In this document: positions 1-12,129 of the stretch, in pieces
Numbering within the stretch: the stretch's first letter is position 1
Layout of the letters: every line of letters begins with the position of its first letter
Assembly (NCBI GenBank): GCA_951406725.2
Contig: OX597817.1
Location: 149,110,001 to 149,174,000, forward strand
Origin: Octopus vulgaris
Taxonomy: Eukaryota
Direction: 5' to 3'
Length of the DNA stretch: 64,000 nt
The notes under the pieces: generated by a model
What the model saw: only the letters and a program-made list of their open reading frames with translations
The model's database searches: none
What the model was told of the DNA's origin: nothing
Position numbers and translations under genes: made by a program

Positions 1-776
1 CTGCTAGGTATATCGATAGTCTAACCCAGCTTGTAATATATAGAAAAACAGTGTCGCACTGACACTAATCTAGAAATCTAGTTCGTTAAGAAAATCTCTG
101 TTAGAGATGAAATCAATATTTATACTAAGAAGTAATGTCTATCACTAATTAAACATATATGTTCTATAAGAACAATTGATACTACTATTTTAACAGCCAG
201 GAGGACGTCTACCCCAGTCGGTCATTCAGTGCGCTTCGCACTCGATATATATTGCAAGCGGGGAGAGAACTCCCTACTATTCTAGCACGGAGATCACTAT
301 ATCACGTGAGTTCGATCTTATATATAAATATACATAAACAACACATACGCATACCATGCCACAATCATAGTTCTTTACATGTATTTGCTGTGGCCCCTGG
401 AAATAGCCGTCAAATATCTCTCACAATACGACTTAACCTCTTTATACAGGAAGATAATATTCGAAGAGTCTTACATTGTACTCCTAGAAAAGATTGCCTT
501 TGTGTTCTTTTTTTTTTCTTTTCTTTTCTCACAGCTAGAATACCTTTCACTGACACCTGCTCGATGAGTATTGATCTGGAGCCATAGCATTAGTAACAGC
601 CAGATTACCCGCAGCTTATAACTTACAATTTTCAAGAGGGGATTGACGGAATCGACAATTTCATCCCTGTTGCACTATCTGGAAATAAAAGTGGGATGTG
701 ATGGCTGGGACATTTATATATATATATGCATGTAGACATATATGTATGTATACATGCATGTATGTGTGTATCTCTT

Positions 777-835
<59 letters not shown>

Positions 836-1579
836 TAATTCGCTTGCCTCCACATCCATCTTTCTCCTCCTCTTTCTCCATCTCTCTCACTTTCTCTCCA
901 CTCTCACTCCCCCTCTCTCTTCCCTCTCTCTCCTGTCCCTCTTTCTTTCAAACAAAACAAAAGAGTAAAAGAATAAAAGAAAATAAATTTCTCTTAATTC
1001 GCTGCCTCTGCACCCACCTACCCCTTTCTAAACCTACATACGCCTACATACACCTCTACTATTGCATACAGTATACACTCGCGTGCTCAACAATATACAT
1101 TTCTTAATTCTTAGATTGAGGTTTTTTCTATGAGACTTCGTTATTTCCTCCAAAGTCTTGAGTAGTGTTTCCCAACCGTTTTTCCGGTGCCCCACGTTTT
1201 AAAATATCTGGTGCCCATAATCATTTTTATTTTTCAATATAGAAACACTATCTCCAATTCAATTACCCGGTTGAGAGATACCTCGACTCAATAATGAGTG
1301 GAGTTCACTACTGCTTTTACAAATGCTTGACACTGGAGAATAGATATTGAAAGAGAGAAACAAACGGCTAACAAATGCAGATACCTCACTCGGTAGCTGA
1401 TTGGCCGTAGCTACATTGATTGCCATGGTTTAAGTATAAATATTTCGTGGCGACGTTTTTTGTTGTTTTTTTTTCTTTCAATGTCCAAAGACAAACACAA
1501 ACAACAAACCAAATGAACTCTGGGTAACTGGAAGTAAGCAAGCTACTTACCACACAGCCACTCTTGCGCCTAGGCGCTT

Positions 1580-3266
1580 TTCAATAGGACCGTTTCGGCC
1601 AAGTCGTAGAGATATAAATGACGATGGGTGTTTGAATAGGATAGTATGGAGGGAAGCAGATGGGAGAAGTATTTGTGGTTAAGAGGGAGAGAAACGTTTG
1701 CTTGAAGTGATGGTATAGTAGTGAAATTGAAAGCCCAGTGTTTCCCAATGAGGGTCGTGAGAAAATTGGAGTGGGGCATGCGTTAGCATGGGTTGTAAAA
1801 ATATTTGTCAGTGACTTGAGCGCACACTTGTCAATACGAGTTCATTTGGTTTGTTGTTTGTGTTTGTGTGTTGGACGTTGGTTTTTGTTGCTGCGTTGAA
1901 AGACAATGTCCTCAGACCTTAGCCGGTCTGAGTTATCTTCAGCAGAGGAGGAGCTCGCGAGGACATCGTAGAGATGGACGGGATGTTGGAAAAGTCAAGG
2001 AGTTTTGCAGAGGTCACGGAGAGGAACCGAAGGGAGTTGGACTTGGCTGGTCTGAAAGATTATGAGAAAAAGTTACAGAGGTAGGAGGGGACGTGAGGCT
2101 GTCGCCCCCCAAAGGAATTATGGCGAGGATGGAGAGGAAAACGAGCACCTATAAGGTGTTCTCGTTAAAAGGAAAAACGGCTGAGGAGGTGAAAGCTGAA
2201 ACGGAAAAGGCGCTAAGGGAGAAGTCTATAGAGATAATATATATCACCAAAGGAAAGAGATATGGGACAATGGTCGTCCAATTTAGGACAGCTGAAGAGG
2301 CTATGAGGCTGACGAGTGTGACGGTGAAAAACGAAGTAGTGCTTCTGCCCACATACCTGGGAAAAAAACTTCCAAGGTGAGGGTTGAAGCAATTCCAGCG
2401 GATATAGCGGCAGCTGTCCTTGTTGGAAGCGAGGAGAAGGTAGCTGTCCTCCAAGACACAGAAACAGAAGAAGAAGGGTGGAAAGGAAGGGCTCTTGAGT
2501 TAATTATTCAGACGGAGGAGGGCCAACTAGAGAACTTGGCAGAGAACGGTGGCGTTGGGGGAAATCGTACTGAGAGTGTAGGTAGAGGACAGAGTACAAC
2601 GTTGTTTTAAATGTGGTCAAAAGGGCCACATTAGAGCATACTGTCCCCTACAGAGAACAATGGCTGAGGATATAGTTGTGGAGACAGAAGAGAAAAGAGA
2701 GGAAGAAAGAAATAGACGGAGGAAACGAGAAAAAGGAAAGTTGCAGAGCGCGGAAGGAGAAGGAGGAAAAAAAAAGGCACTGAGTACGATGTGGTACCCC
2801 AATCCAACTCCATCACAACCATGACCACTCAGACCCACCCTCCGCATACAGACACCAAATCCACCCACCCCATTTCCGCACAAGAGAAAAAAGAAAAAGA
2901 AAGAACAGGCAACACAAAATTTAGAAGACCCCACCCTCCCGGTTAAAAGGTTACGAATGCATGACGGAGAGAATGTTATCACTAAGTGATGGGGAATAAG
3001 GGAAAAGGGCTGGACTAAAAGAGAAAAAGGACTCAGGATCTAGAGGCAGCGAGTGGTGTTACTCAGTGTGGGGTGAGTAGCACACTCTTCATAATATCAT
3101 TTTCAGATATTCATATTATCATATTTTAATTTGTTCTTCATGTTCATTTTCATATTCATTCATTATATCATATTTCATTTTTATATTTTTAATTGTTATA
3201 TGTCCCCACATGTGTTGTAGTGTTCCCTTTGTGTATTGCCTTTATGGCAAAATCATTGAAATAAAG
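1580..3266 (+). mobile_element. Non-autonomous L1/Tx1-like retroelement (ORF1 only, decayed)
   Basis: GC-richer block holding a broken ORF1-like frame, a T-rich 3' region and AATAAA at 3260-3265. No RT or endonuclease is visible. The 5' boundary is approximate. Confidence 0.55.
2120..2989 (+). pseudogene. Frameshifted gag/ORF1-like protein with CCHC zinc knuckle
   Basis: ORFs 2093-2380 and 2377-2610 join through frameshifts into CFKCGQKGHIRAYC (2603-2644, CX2CX4HX4C), then an E/K/R-rich tract, an in-frame TGA at 2822 and KRKKKKK. The N-terminal part (VVQFRTAEEA) looks RRM-like. Confidence 0.75.
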
Positions 3267-3594
3267 TAGCTTGCTAACCTACTTCCCATGAGTCTCAGTT
3301 GTCAGTGTGCGCATGTGTCATTATGTTGTGCACTGAAGAAGATAGCCGGCAGTGTTTAGCCTGCTAAAAAGGAGTTGCTGCAAGGTAAGACTTTTCTCTT
3401 GGACCCAGTGAAGGTCGATGTCTGTGCTTATATGTTTTACAAACAGGGAATCCTCACTGGATTCAGGATGTTGGTCTACTTGCGGTTCAGCAACATGATT
3501 TAACCCCAGTGTCACTTTCTTAGTATGAACTGGTCTCTCATTCAAGTATGTGTGTAAATGAAACATCAGTTTTACAGTAATTTACTGTAGTGTA

Positions 3595-3630
<36 letters not shown>

Positions 3631-3696
3631 CCGTGCAGTAATACTAAGAGTGTAGAAAATATAATGTTGCCAAGCTTCTAAACCTTGCTCACATAT

Positions 3697-4013
3697 GTTG
3701 TTGCTGTTGTTGTCTGTTCCTTCTCGAGCCATGCCTGGCTCATAAGGACCGGTTTCCTGGTTTCCTTGGCGCATAGATTCCCCACCTGGACGGGACGCCG
3801 GTCCGTCGCAGGTAAGCTGCAAGATGCGGGAGGAAAAAGTGAGAGAAAGTTGTGACGAAAGAGTCAGCAGAAGTTCGCCATTACCTTCTGCTGGAGGCGT
3901 GTGGAGCTTAGGTGTTTCGCTCATAAACACACACATCGCTCGATCTGAGATTTGAAACCGCGATCCTTCGACTGTGACTCAGCTGCTCTAACCACTAGGC
4001 CATGTGGCTCTAC
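3697..4013 (-). mobile_element. tRNA-derived SINE with V-domain-like core
   Basis: Minus strand shows A box TGGCCTAGTGG, B-box-like GGTTTCAAATC, core CCTGCGACGGACCGGCGTCCCGTCCAGG and a (CAA)n tail. Related copy at 30185-30466. Confidence 0.75.
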
Positions 4014-4362
4014 ACAGTACTTGTTCCTCTTGGTCAAACTGCTGACCAGACATTATATTTGGCAATTCTGAAGCGTTTGGCAGACACGGACACGGTGAGA
4101 CGAAAACGTTCCGACCAGTGACAAAGTGCAGAATAGTGTTTTCATCACGCCAAAGCACCTTGGCACACCGCCTTGTGTGTGAGATAGTTTTTGACCAAAA
4201 ATGTCATGGCCCCGTTTACCCACCCTCCCTATTGACCGGATCTAGCTCCCTACAACATTTCTTGTTCTCCCCAATTAAAAATTCCTGAAAGGAAAACGTT
4301 TTGCCGATGTGGAAGAGGTGAAGAAAAATACGACGGAGGCATTAAAAGGCCTCACTTCGTAA
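4014..4362 (+). pseudogene. Mariner transposase C-terminal remnant
   Basis: Translates with stops and frameshifts to FHHAKAPWHTA..FLTKN..HPPY*PDLAP..KGKRFADVEEVK, matching the mariner HDNAxxH and HPPYSPDLAP motifs. Confidence 0.85.
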
Positions 4363-4371
4363 GAATAATAC

Positions 4372-4788
4372 CTATTTCTTTATTGCCCACAAGGGGCTAA
4401 ACATAGAGGGGACAAACAAGGACAGACAAACGGAATAAGTCGATTACATCGAACCCAGTGCGTAACTGCTACTTAATTTAATGACCCCGAAAGGATGAAA
4501 GGCAAAGTCGACCTCGGCGGAATTTGAACTCAGAACGTAACGGCAGACGAAATACCTATTTCTTTACTACCCACAAGGGGCTAAACACAGAGAGGACAAA
4601 CAAGGACAGACAAATGGATTAAGTCGAATATATAGACCCCAATGCGTAACTGCTACTTATTTTATCGACCCCGAAAGGATGAAAGGCAAAGTCGACCTTG
4701 GCGGAATTTGAACTCAGAGCGTAACGGCGGACGAAATGCTGCTAAGCATTTCGCCCGGCGTGCTAACGTTTCTGCCAGCTCACCGCCT
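4372..4788 (-). mobile_element. SINE family A, head plus two body units
   Basis: Minus strand: GGCGGTGAGCTGGCAGAAACGTTAGCACGCCGGGCGAAATG head, GAGTTCAAATTCC B box, core GCCTTTCATCCTTTCGGGGTC present twice. Confidence 0.9.
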
Positions 4789-5920
4789 AACGTTTGTCGT
4801 TAACCACAGAGAAGGTTTCTGGTTACTTTTGGGTACTTCCTCAAAACATAACTTCACAGTCATTCTCACGTTCCAAAAAGAATAATAAAAGATTCAAGAA
4901 TGCCAGTTATTTGGAGAATCAGCTGAAATTAAATTGTGTAGAGTTTTAAATTACAGTCCAAACTTTTTGACCACATTTTGTATTCACTAATGAAATTTCT
5001 ACTGCATATAATCATCAGACAAATAGATTTATCGGCAACTGCTTGTTTATGAAATCCTTCGATTATAACATTCATTAATATTATTTCATTTTTCCTTTGA
5101 GCTCTAAATTTTGTTTTCATAAAAGGATTGGTTAACTTTCGTTTGACTTCAATTATTTCATCACTGACTCATTGATTTTGCGTTATTAGTTTCATTGTTA
5201 GAAACACCGAGCAGCACTTGATATAGATTGTGTTGTTAATTATATGATGGAAAATGTACAATTCAAATTCATCTCATTGTTTAATTTAGATGTTTAATTA
5301 ACTAGATTATCCACATACATACTCGCCCACTCATCTCACAAACACACACACACACTCTTACACATTGATACGGAAAGCGTAAACACCTAATCACTTTACA
5401 TGAAAATGCATCGTTAGCCAACATACGAATGCTTGTCAAAATGAACTCATCCGTATACCTATATATTCGACTGTAAATTAAATATCTTCACATATTTCTA
5501 TATCGTAAATGGGTTAAAGTTTTAGTGGTGGTGATGAGACGGTGGACGGGTGGGTCAGGCAAATACTAATAGAAATTTCATATATGCTAATAAATAATGC
5601 TTTGCTGCTAATCCTGAAGAGTTGTTTTATCAAACTCTGCTGTTTAAATATTTAATGAATATTAAGGATCGTAAAATTCCCGGCAGAATTCAATAGTTGG
5701 TAATTTCAGTTACAGGCATCCAGCCAAAAATGTGTACATTCTAATCAATCGACGAGAATACGTTCTGGATAGTATTATATTGATCTCAGAGGGACTTTAA
5801 AAAAAAAAACAAACAAAAAAACGCATTGATGGTTTCGATGGGATATAGACTCACTCATACTATACAGACACAAAATTCATACACACACACACACACACAT
5901 ACACACAGACGCACACACGC

Positions 5921-5954
<34 letters not shown>

Positions 5955-5974
5955 ACACATATACATATATTTAT

Positions 5975-6218
5975 AGGCGCAGGAGTGGTTGTATGGTAAG
6001 TAGCTTGATTAAGAACCACATGGTTCCAGGTTCAGTCCCACTGCGTGGCACCTTGGACAAGTGTCTTCTACTATAGCCTCGGGCCGATCAAAGCCTTGTG
6101 AGTGGATTTGGTAGACGGAAACAGGGGCGCTCGTCGTATATATGTATATGTATATATGTGTGTTTGTGTTTGTGTGTCTGTGTTTGTCCCCCCAGCATGC
6201 TGGTGTGTTTACGTCCCC
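5975..6218 (+). mobile_element. SINE family B (CORE-like, internal microsatellite), partial
   Basis: GGCGCAGGAGTGG..TGGTAAG head, GGTTCAGTCCC B box, ACCTTGGACAAGT CORE-like motif, internal (TA)/(TG) tract. Confidence 0.85.
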
Positions 6219-6601
6219 GATCATTATTATTATGATTATTCAGTAGTCATATGTTTATCATGTGCTTTCACTGCACTATCGGGCGAGTATTGAGTAAGAG
6301 AGCAGTGGATGCCATCATTGAGTCTGGGGTAAAATATACGAAGTCCAGTATTCCCATCATAACTACCTGCCTGATAAGGTTACACCAGGACACAATCATC
6401 ACAACCATATGCGCGTGACATAGAAACAGCGTATAAGCTTTCAGGTGGGACCCGGTTAGAATTTTTCTCAGGTCGAGTAGCCCTGAAAAAGGGTTGTTTA
6501 TGTATGTTGAAGGAAACACCCATGTTTCCAGAGGAGAATTATCCAAACCCTAAAGAATTCCTCTCAACACATACCTATGGTGCTCTCACATATCATCATC
6601 A

Positions 6602-6604
<3 letters not shown>

Positions 6605-6694
<90 letters not shown>
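6605..6694. repeat. (TAA)n microsatellite at the 3' end of an R4/Dong copy
   Basis: Perfect trinucleotide array of about 30 units. Confidence 0.95.
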
Positions 6695-6697
<3 letters not shown>

Positions 6698-7365
6698 GTT
6701 TGACTTTTGCTTTATATTTGTACAAGTTGGCTCCAAGTCTCACCCGGAGACCTCAAAAGAGAACAGGTTGGAAGTTCACGTTATTTTTATGCCTAGTGCG
6801 CCATATATTTGGTTGTTTTTTGTGTTGTACTGGTGGATGTCTAAAAAAATGTTTGTTTTAAACCTTGAGATTACATAGAAAATATTTTACGTAGGATATG
6901 AGCAGTTCCCATGAGCACTATCTTTTGAATTTCTGTCATTTTGGGGTTTCCTGGTATCTGAGTTAGGTAACTATCAGCCCCTATTATTCCAAGGGCACCT
7001 ATGACAACAGGTATTGTTTTAGTCTTCAGCTTCCACATTTTGCTGATTTCTATTTCAAGATCTTTATATTTGCTCAGTTTTTGGTAGGTCTTGATAGATA
7101 CGTTTATATCGATTGGGACAGTCATATCAATGAGGAGGCATGTTCTTTGTTTGAAGTCTTTCAATATGATGTCTGGCATATTTGCATCTATCTTTCTGTC
7201 AGCTTGAATGATGAAGTTCCAGAGGAGTGAGATGTGGTCATTTTCAAGCACTGGGGGTGGTTTGTGTTCCCACCAGTTTTTTTCATGGGGCAAATCCAGG
7301 TTTTTGCAGATTACCCAGTGAATATATTGTGCAGCTCTATCGTACTTGAGATACTCTGTAGGCGC

Positions 7366-7366
<1 letters not shown>
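6695..7366 (-). mobile_element. 5'-truncated R4/Dong-type non-LTR retrotransposon (RLE domain plus 3' UTR)
   Basis: ORF 6871-7449 after the repeat-derived poly-I: YDRAAQYIHW..LLWNF..PDII..LIDMTVP..KLSKYKDL..PVVIGALG, the restriction-like endonuclease PD..D..K-x2-KY pattern. Flanked by (TAA)n on both sides. Confidence 0.9.
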
Positions 7367-7443
<77 letters not shown>

Positions 7444-7466
7444 CATCATATATTATTATTATTATT

Positions 7467-8050
7467 TTATGTTTGACTTTTACTTTGTATTTGTACATGT
7501 TGGTTCCATGTATCACCCAGAGATCTCAAGAGACAAGTTAGAGGTTCATATAAGTATTATGCCTAGGGTGTCATATATTTGATTTTGTAAATAATATTGT
7601 CCATTTTAAAATTTGGGATTACATAGAGAGTATTTTACTTGGAATATGGGCAACAGTTATTGTTTTTGTCTTCAGGTTCCACATTTTGCCAATTTCTGTT
7701 GCAATATCTTTATAATTTTTCAGTTTTTGGAAGGTCTTCACAGATACATTTATGTTGATTGGGGCAGCCATGTCAATTTGAATGAGATGAGTGAGATGTG
7801 ATCATTTTCAAGCACCGGACATGGTTTGTGTTCCCATTAGATTCTATCATGGCGCAGGTCCAGGCTTTTGCAAATTACCCAGTGCTGCCCTATCATACCT
7901 GTTGAGATACTCTGTAGGCGCAAGAAGACTGCTCATTGAGACAACATGATCAATTGTTTCATTTTGTTGTTGACATACACGACACGTTGGGCTGCTGCCG
8001 TTCTTTAATATGTTGGCTTTGTAGTTCCTCGTAGGTAGGCATTGATCTAC
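7467..8050 (-). mobile_element. Second, more decayed R4/Dong-type copy
   Basis: LPTRNY..CRVCQQQNETIDHVVS (zinc knuckle)..APTEYLNRYDRAA. Its 3' UTR is similar to that at 6695-6870. Confidence 0.85.
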
Positions 8051-8278
8051 TATTATTATTATTGCTATTATTATTTTTTTCCTTCTTTCTTCAAACTTTC
8101 TTCCATTTCTCGCCGAGTGTTTTCGTACACCTAGGGCAGAGAAGCTCATTTTATGCATTCACGGGTAAAGTATGTATTTTAAAAAATTACAAATATATTC
8201 ATGAATAGGTGTTGTTTTCACGGCGATAATGCTCATCAACGGTACATGAGTTCTTCCAGTTAACACGATTTTTTGCAC

Positions 8279-8436
<158 letters not shown>

Positions 8437-8844
8437 AAAAATATTCTTGACTTTAAAAATAAATCTAATGTACGCTTGTTTGACATATATTCTCCACAGT
8501 ACATTACACCGGCCGCCAAAACACTTGATAATAATAGATATCCTTAAGGCAAAAGCGATATAATCTGAAAGTATATTGTAGCAGCCGTGATTCATGCCAT
8601 TGTAGAAATTGTACTCCTTTTGTGTCTGTCTTGTATTCTGGCAGAATATCATAATGCGTTTTCTTTCAAAAATATTTTCCAACCATGCATACATACGTAC
8701 ATATATACATACATACATACATACATACATACATACATACATACATACATACATACACACATACATACATAGATTTGGTCTATGAGAACAGTCACATCTG
8801 ATCTTTGGTCGCAAAACATACGTACACACCTACATACTGATATT

Positions 8845-8937
<93 letters not shown>

Positions 8938-9055
8938 TCTTGTCGGCTATGGAAGAATATATACACCAGATGAATTCCGGAAAGTCGGTCTTATGAGCAC
9001 GTAGGCGGAAGAAGACCTTTGCGTATTGATCGAATTCAAAGAACACATCAATTTA

Positions 9056-9363
9056 TACTCTTTTATTCTTTTACTTGTTTCAGTCATTTGGCTGCGACCA
9101 TGCTGGAGCACCGCTTTTAGTTGAGCAAATCGAACCCACAAATACGTACATACATACGCGCAAACACACAGATACATACATATACACACACACATATATA
9201 CATACAACAGGCTTCTTTCAGTTTCTGTCCACCAAATCCATGCACGAGACCTTGATCGGCCCAAGGCTAAACTAAAAGGAAAATGCCAAATGTGCGACGC
9301 AGTGGGACTGAATTTGGAAGTATGTGGTTGAGAAACATTCTTCTTACCACACAACCTCGCCTG
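9056..9363 (-). mobile_element. SINE family B, internally deleted
   Basis: Reverse complement of the family B head and of the tail GCGGTGCTCCAGCATGG..GACTGAAACAAGTAAAA. Confidence 0.8.
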
Positions 9364-9367
9364 CAAC

Positions 9368-9424
<57 letters not shown>

Positions 9425-9488
9425 GGAGTAAACACATAAATGTGAAACAAGGTGGAAAAAAGAGTACTCAAATGCCAGTGGTAGAGTA

Positions 9489-9559
9489 ATATGCTTTATT
9501 TAAAGCAGCAGAAGATTCAACAAAACCTTTTGTTGAATTTTCTGCTGCTTTAAATAAAG

Positions 9560-9564
<5 letters not shown>
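9489..9564. repeat. 37-bp near-perfect inverted repeat with 2-nt loop
   Basis: ATATGCTTTATTTAAAGCAGCAGAAGATTCAACAAAA-CC-TTTTGTTGAATTTTCTGCTGCTTTAAATAAAGTATAT. The two differences are G-U pairs in a + transcript. Confidence 0.95.
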
Positions 9565-9597
<33 letters not shown>

Positions 9598-9598
9598 C

Positions 9599-9672
<74 letters not shown>

Positions 9673-9843
9673 ACATTGACATATATGCGTTGAACACGAT
9701 TTCAGAAGTGTTCTGTATTGATGAACAAAATCGTTACAGCATTCAAAGGAAACGTCCCTTTCTTCCAGCTGTTTCGTAGTTGGTAGTTTCATTTTGCATC
9801 AAGTTGAATTTTGTGAGAAATTCTAAGCTAAGTTTTCTCTTTA

Positions 9844-9932
9844 TTCACCTGAAGAAAACGGTTTTTTTTTTCTTTTTGTATGATGTAACGCTTTTGTTTA
9901 TCAATAAACACGTTTGAAACAGCTGTAGTGAA
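9844..9932 (+). ncRNA. Type I hammerhead ribozyme, intact core
   Basis: Stem I TTCAC/GTGAA, CTGAAGA 9849-9855, stem II AAACG/CGTTT, GAAA 9916-9919, palindromic stem III ACAGCTGT, GUA cleavage after 9927. Confidence 0.85.
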
Positions 9933-10406
9933 CATCAACCGGTCTATATTATTGTTTATTCCTCATCTTACTCGGAACTTCCTACACGTTTGGATCTGTA
10001 GCCTATAGTCGACTGTGGAATACGTATAGTAGGTGCAACTCTGTGTGACTTTGAATGCAAGTTGTGTATTTTATCAGTATTTGTGAATGTGTGAATCGAT
10101 GGAATGACATATGCGTATTTGCTTTCGTAAGTACGTATGTGTCAGCGCCTACTGTTAGTGCACAGGTGCGCCATCCCCTACTTTACCTTGGTATTTATAC
10201 TATTTGAATACCTGATTCTATCGGATCGTGAAAATTGTATTATATATAAATGTATATATATATATATAAGCATACATTATGCGTGACAGTTACTTGAACA
10301 GCGGATAACGCGTAACTGTGATTTAGAAGAGAAAGTAAATTCGGTAATACAGCATATATTCACACGCTACCTTGTATTAAGTATTTTATTTCTCTTAGTA
10401 GGATTC

Positions 10407-10443
<37 letters not shown>

Positions 10444-10468
10444 CACGCACATATACATATATATACAC

Positions 10469-10517
<49 letters not shown>

Positions 10518-10593
10518 TATATATATATGTATACATATATGTATATATATTCATATATATGTATGTGTATGTGTATATATATATATATATGAA

Positions 10594-10653
<60 letters not shown>

Positions 10654-10684
10654 TACATATATATGAACATATATATACATACAT
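10407..10684. repeat. (TA)n/(CA)n degenerate microsatellite
   Basis: Read directly. Source of spurious YI/YT ORFs. Confidence 0.95.
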
Positions 10685-11317
10685 ACGTGCCGCAGCAAAC
10701 TTATATTGGGCGTCTGCGTCTATGTGTGTCTTTGTTGTGTCTGTGTGTATTTGCGCGCGCGTGTGTGTATGTGTGTTGTATATTGAGTTTTGTATATCTT
10801 TATATATACACTGTTGAATTGATCGAGCCAGTGAACGAGTGTGATCGAGTTAAACGATTGCTGTGCACGCATGTATAAACGTGTGTGTACAAACTTAAAA
10901 GATTTCGACTGCATCGTAAGTAACCTAGATAACTTAATTGTCAAATTTCCTCCCAGCTAAGATTTTAGCGAAGCTGAAACGGCCTGACTTCCATTCCCAT
11001 ATATGTGTCAGGTGAAGTCAGTTTACTGTCTTCGAATAACTTGCTGTTGAGCTGTTGCTAAGTGCTACAAATGAAGATAAACTAATTGGACTGGGAATGA
11101 AATAAATTATATTACCAGAATATTCACAATATATAGACAATCTTCGTACATAAAACCACGTATATACAAGCTATGAAAAAGCGTGTGCTCGCAATGGTAT
11201 AGAATGTAAGTTTAACTCACTAACTACACCTTTGTTCTCTTAGAGATATTTGAAAATATGCAATAATAACCAAATGGACGCCAATATGGGTATCACACTG
11301 CATACCTTGATATTGTC

Positions 11318-11331
11318 GTTGCTATGGTAAC
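11318..11331. promoter_or_regulatory. RFX X-box motif
   Basis: GTTGCTATGGTAAC fits the palindromic RFX consensus GTTRCYATGGYAAC and lies in non-repetitive sequence. Function untested. Confidence 0.4.
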
Positions 11332-11588
11332 TGCTGAACGCTATTTACTTTTTCTTTCTAAGGTGCGAAATAATAATACGTATAGATTTCAGCTTTTTTT
11401 GTTTGTTTTTTTTTTTGGCAGTTTACTCATTGATTTTGACCAAAGAAAGTAAAACAAAATGGTGCCGAATATCTTTTTTTTTTCTGTTTTTTTTTTTCTT
11501 TTTCAGATTGCAATAATAATAACAATAATAATAACAATAATAATAACAATAATAATAATGATAATAATAATAATAGTAATAATAATAA

Positions 11589-11619
<31 letters not shown>

Positions 11620-11665
11620 ACAAAAACAGTTACAACAATAATAATGGTTACCACAATAATAATAT

Positions 11666-11742
11666 GCCCACGGGCATATGGCGTAGTGGGTAAGAGCGCG
11701 GGCTATTAACCCCAAGATTCCGAGTTCGATTCTAGGCAGTGA

Positions 11743-11787
<45 letters not shown>

Positions 11788-12006
11788 TAATAATAATAAT
11801 AACAACAACAACAACATCGAAAAATACCTTAGGAATGAGAACCCAGGTTAGAAATTTCCCCAAGACACCTGATGAAGGCTGGAGGTTATATCAGCTGAAA
11901 TGTTGTGTTAATAACAATCAAGATGCGGTCAAATATCCGTCAAATATAAATAATGTAAATAATGTACATAGTGTACATAATTCTTCATCTCTTAAATATA
12001 GAACTG
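11666..12006 (+). mobile_element. tRNA-headed element with (AAT)n spacer and hammerhead motif
   Basis: A box TGGCGTAGTGG 11679-11689, B box AGTTCGATTCT 11723-11733, (AAT)n, then a hammerhead at 11864-11909. Second copy at 20313-20584 on the minus strand. Confidence 0.8.
11864..11909 (+). ncRNA. Minimal type I hammerhead ribozyme motif
   Basis: GACAC-CTGATGA-A-GGCTG..CAGCT-GAAA-TG-TT-GTGTT. The other copy has the palindrome AACGTT at stem III. Confidence 0.7.
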
Positions 12007-12129
12007 AATAATAATGGAGTTGGTAAGTCTTCAGAATAGTAACTTCAAGGGCATTAGTCGAAATTAGCAAACAAATATCTATTTTGTGACACGTTACAGT
12101 CTTAATTTGAAAATCAACACTCGTTGTTA

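Noticed and set aside
8965-9020. CAGATGA-A-TTCCG..CGGAA-GAAG hammerhead-like remnant
   Set aside because: Both core boxes are mutated and there is no stem I or III.
11672-11745. Functional tRNA gene (also at 26100-26170 and 30535-30605)
   Set aside because: No proper acceptor stem, and each head is fused to a repeat body seen elsewhere in the window, so these are SINE heads.
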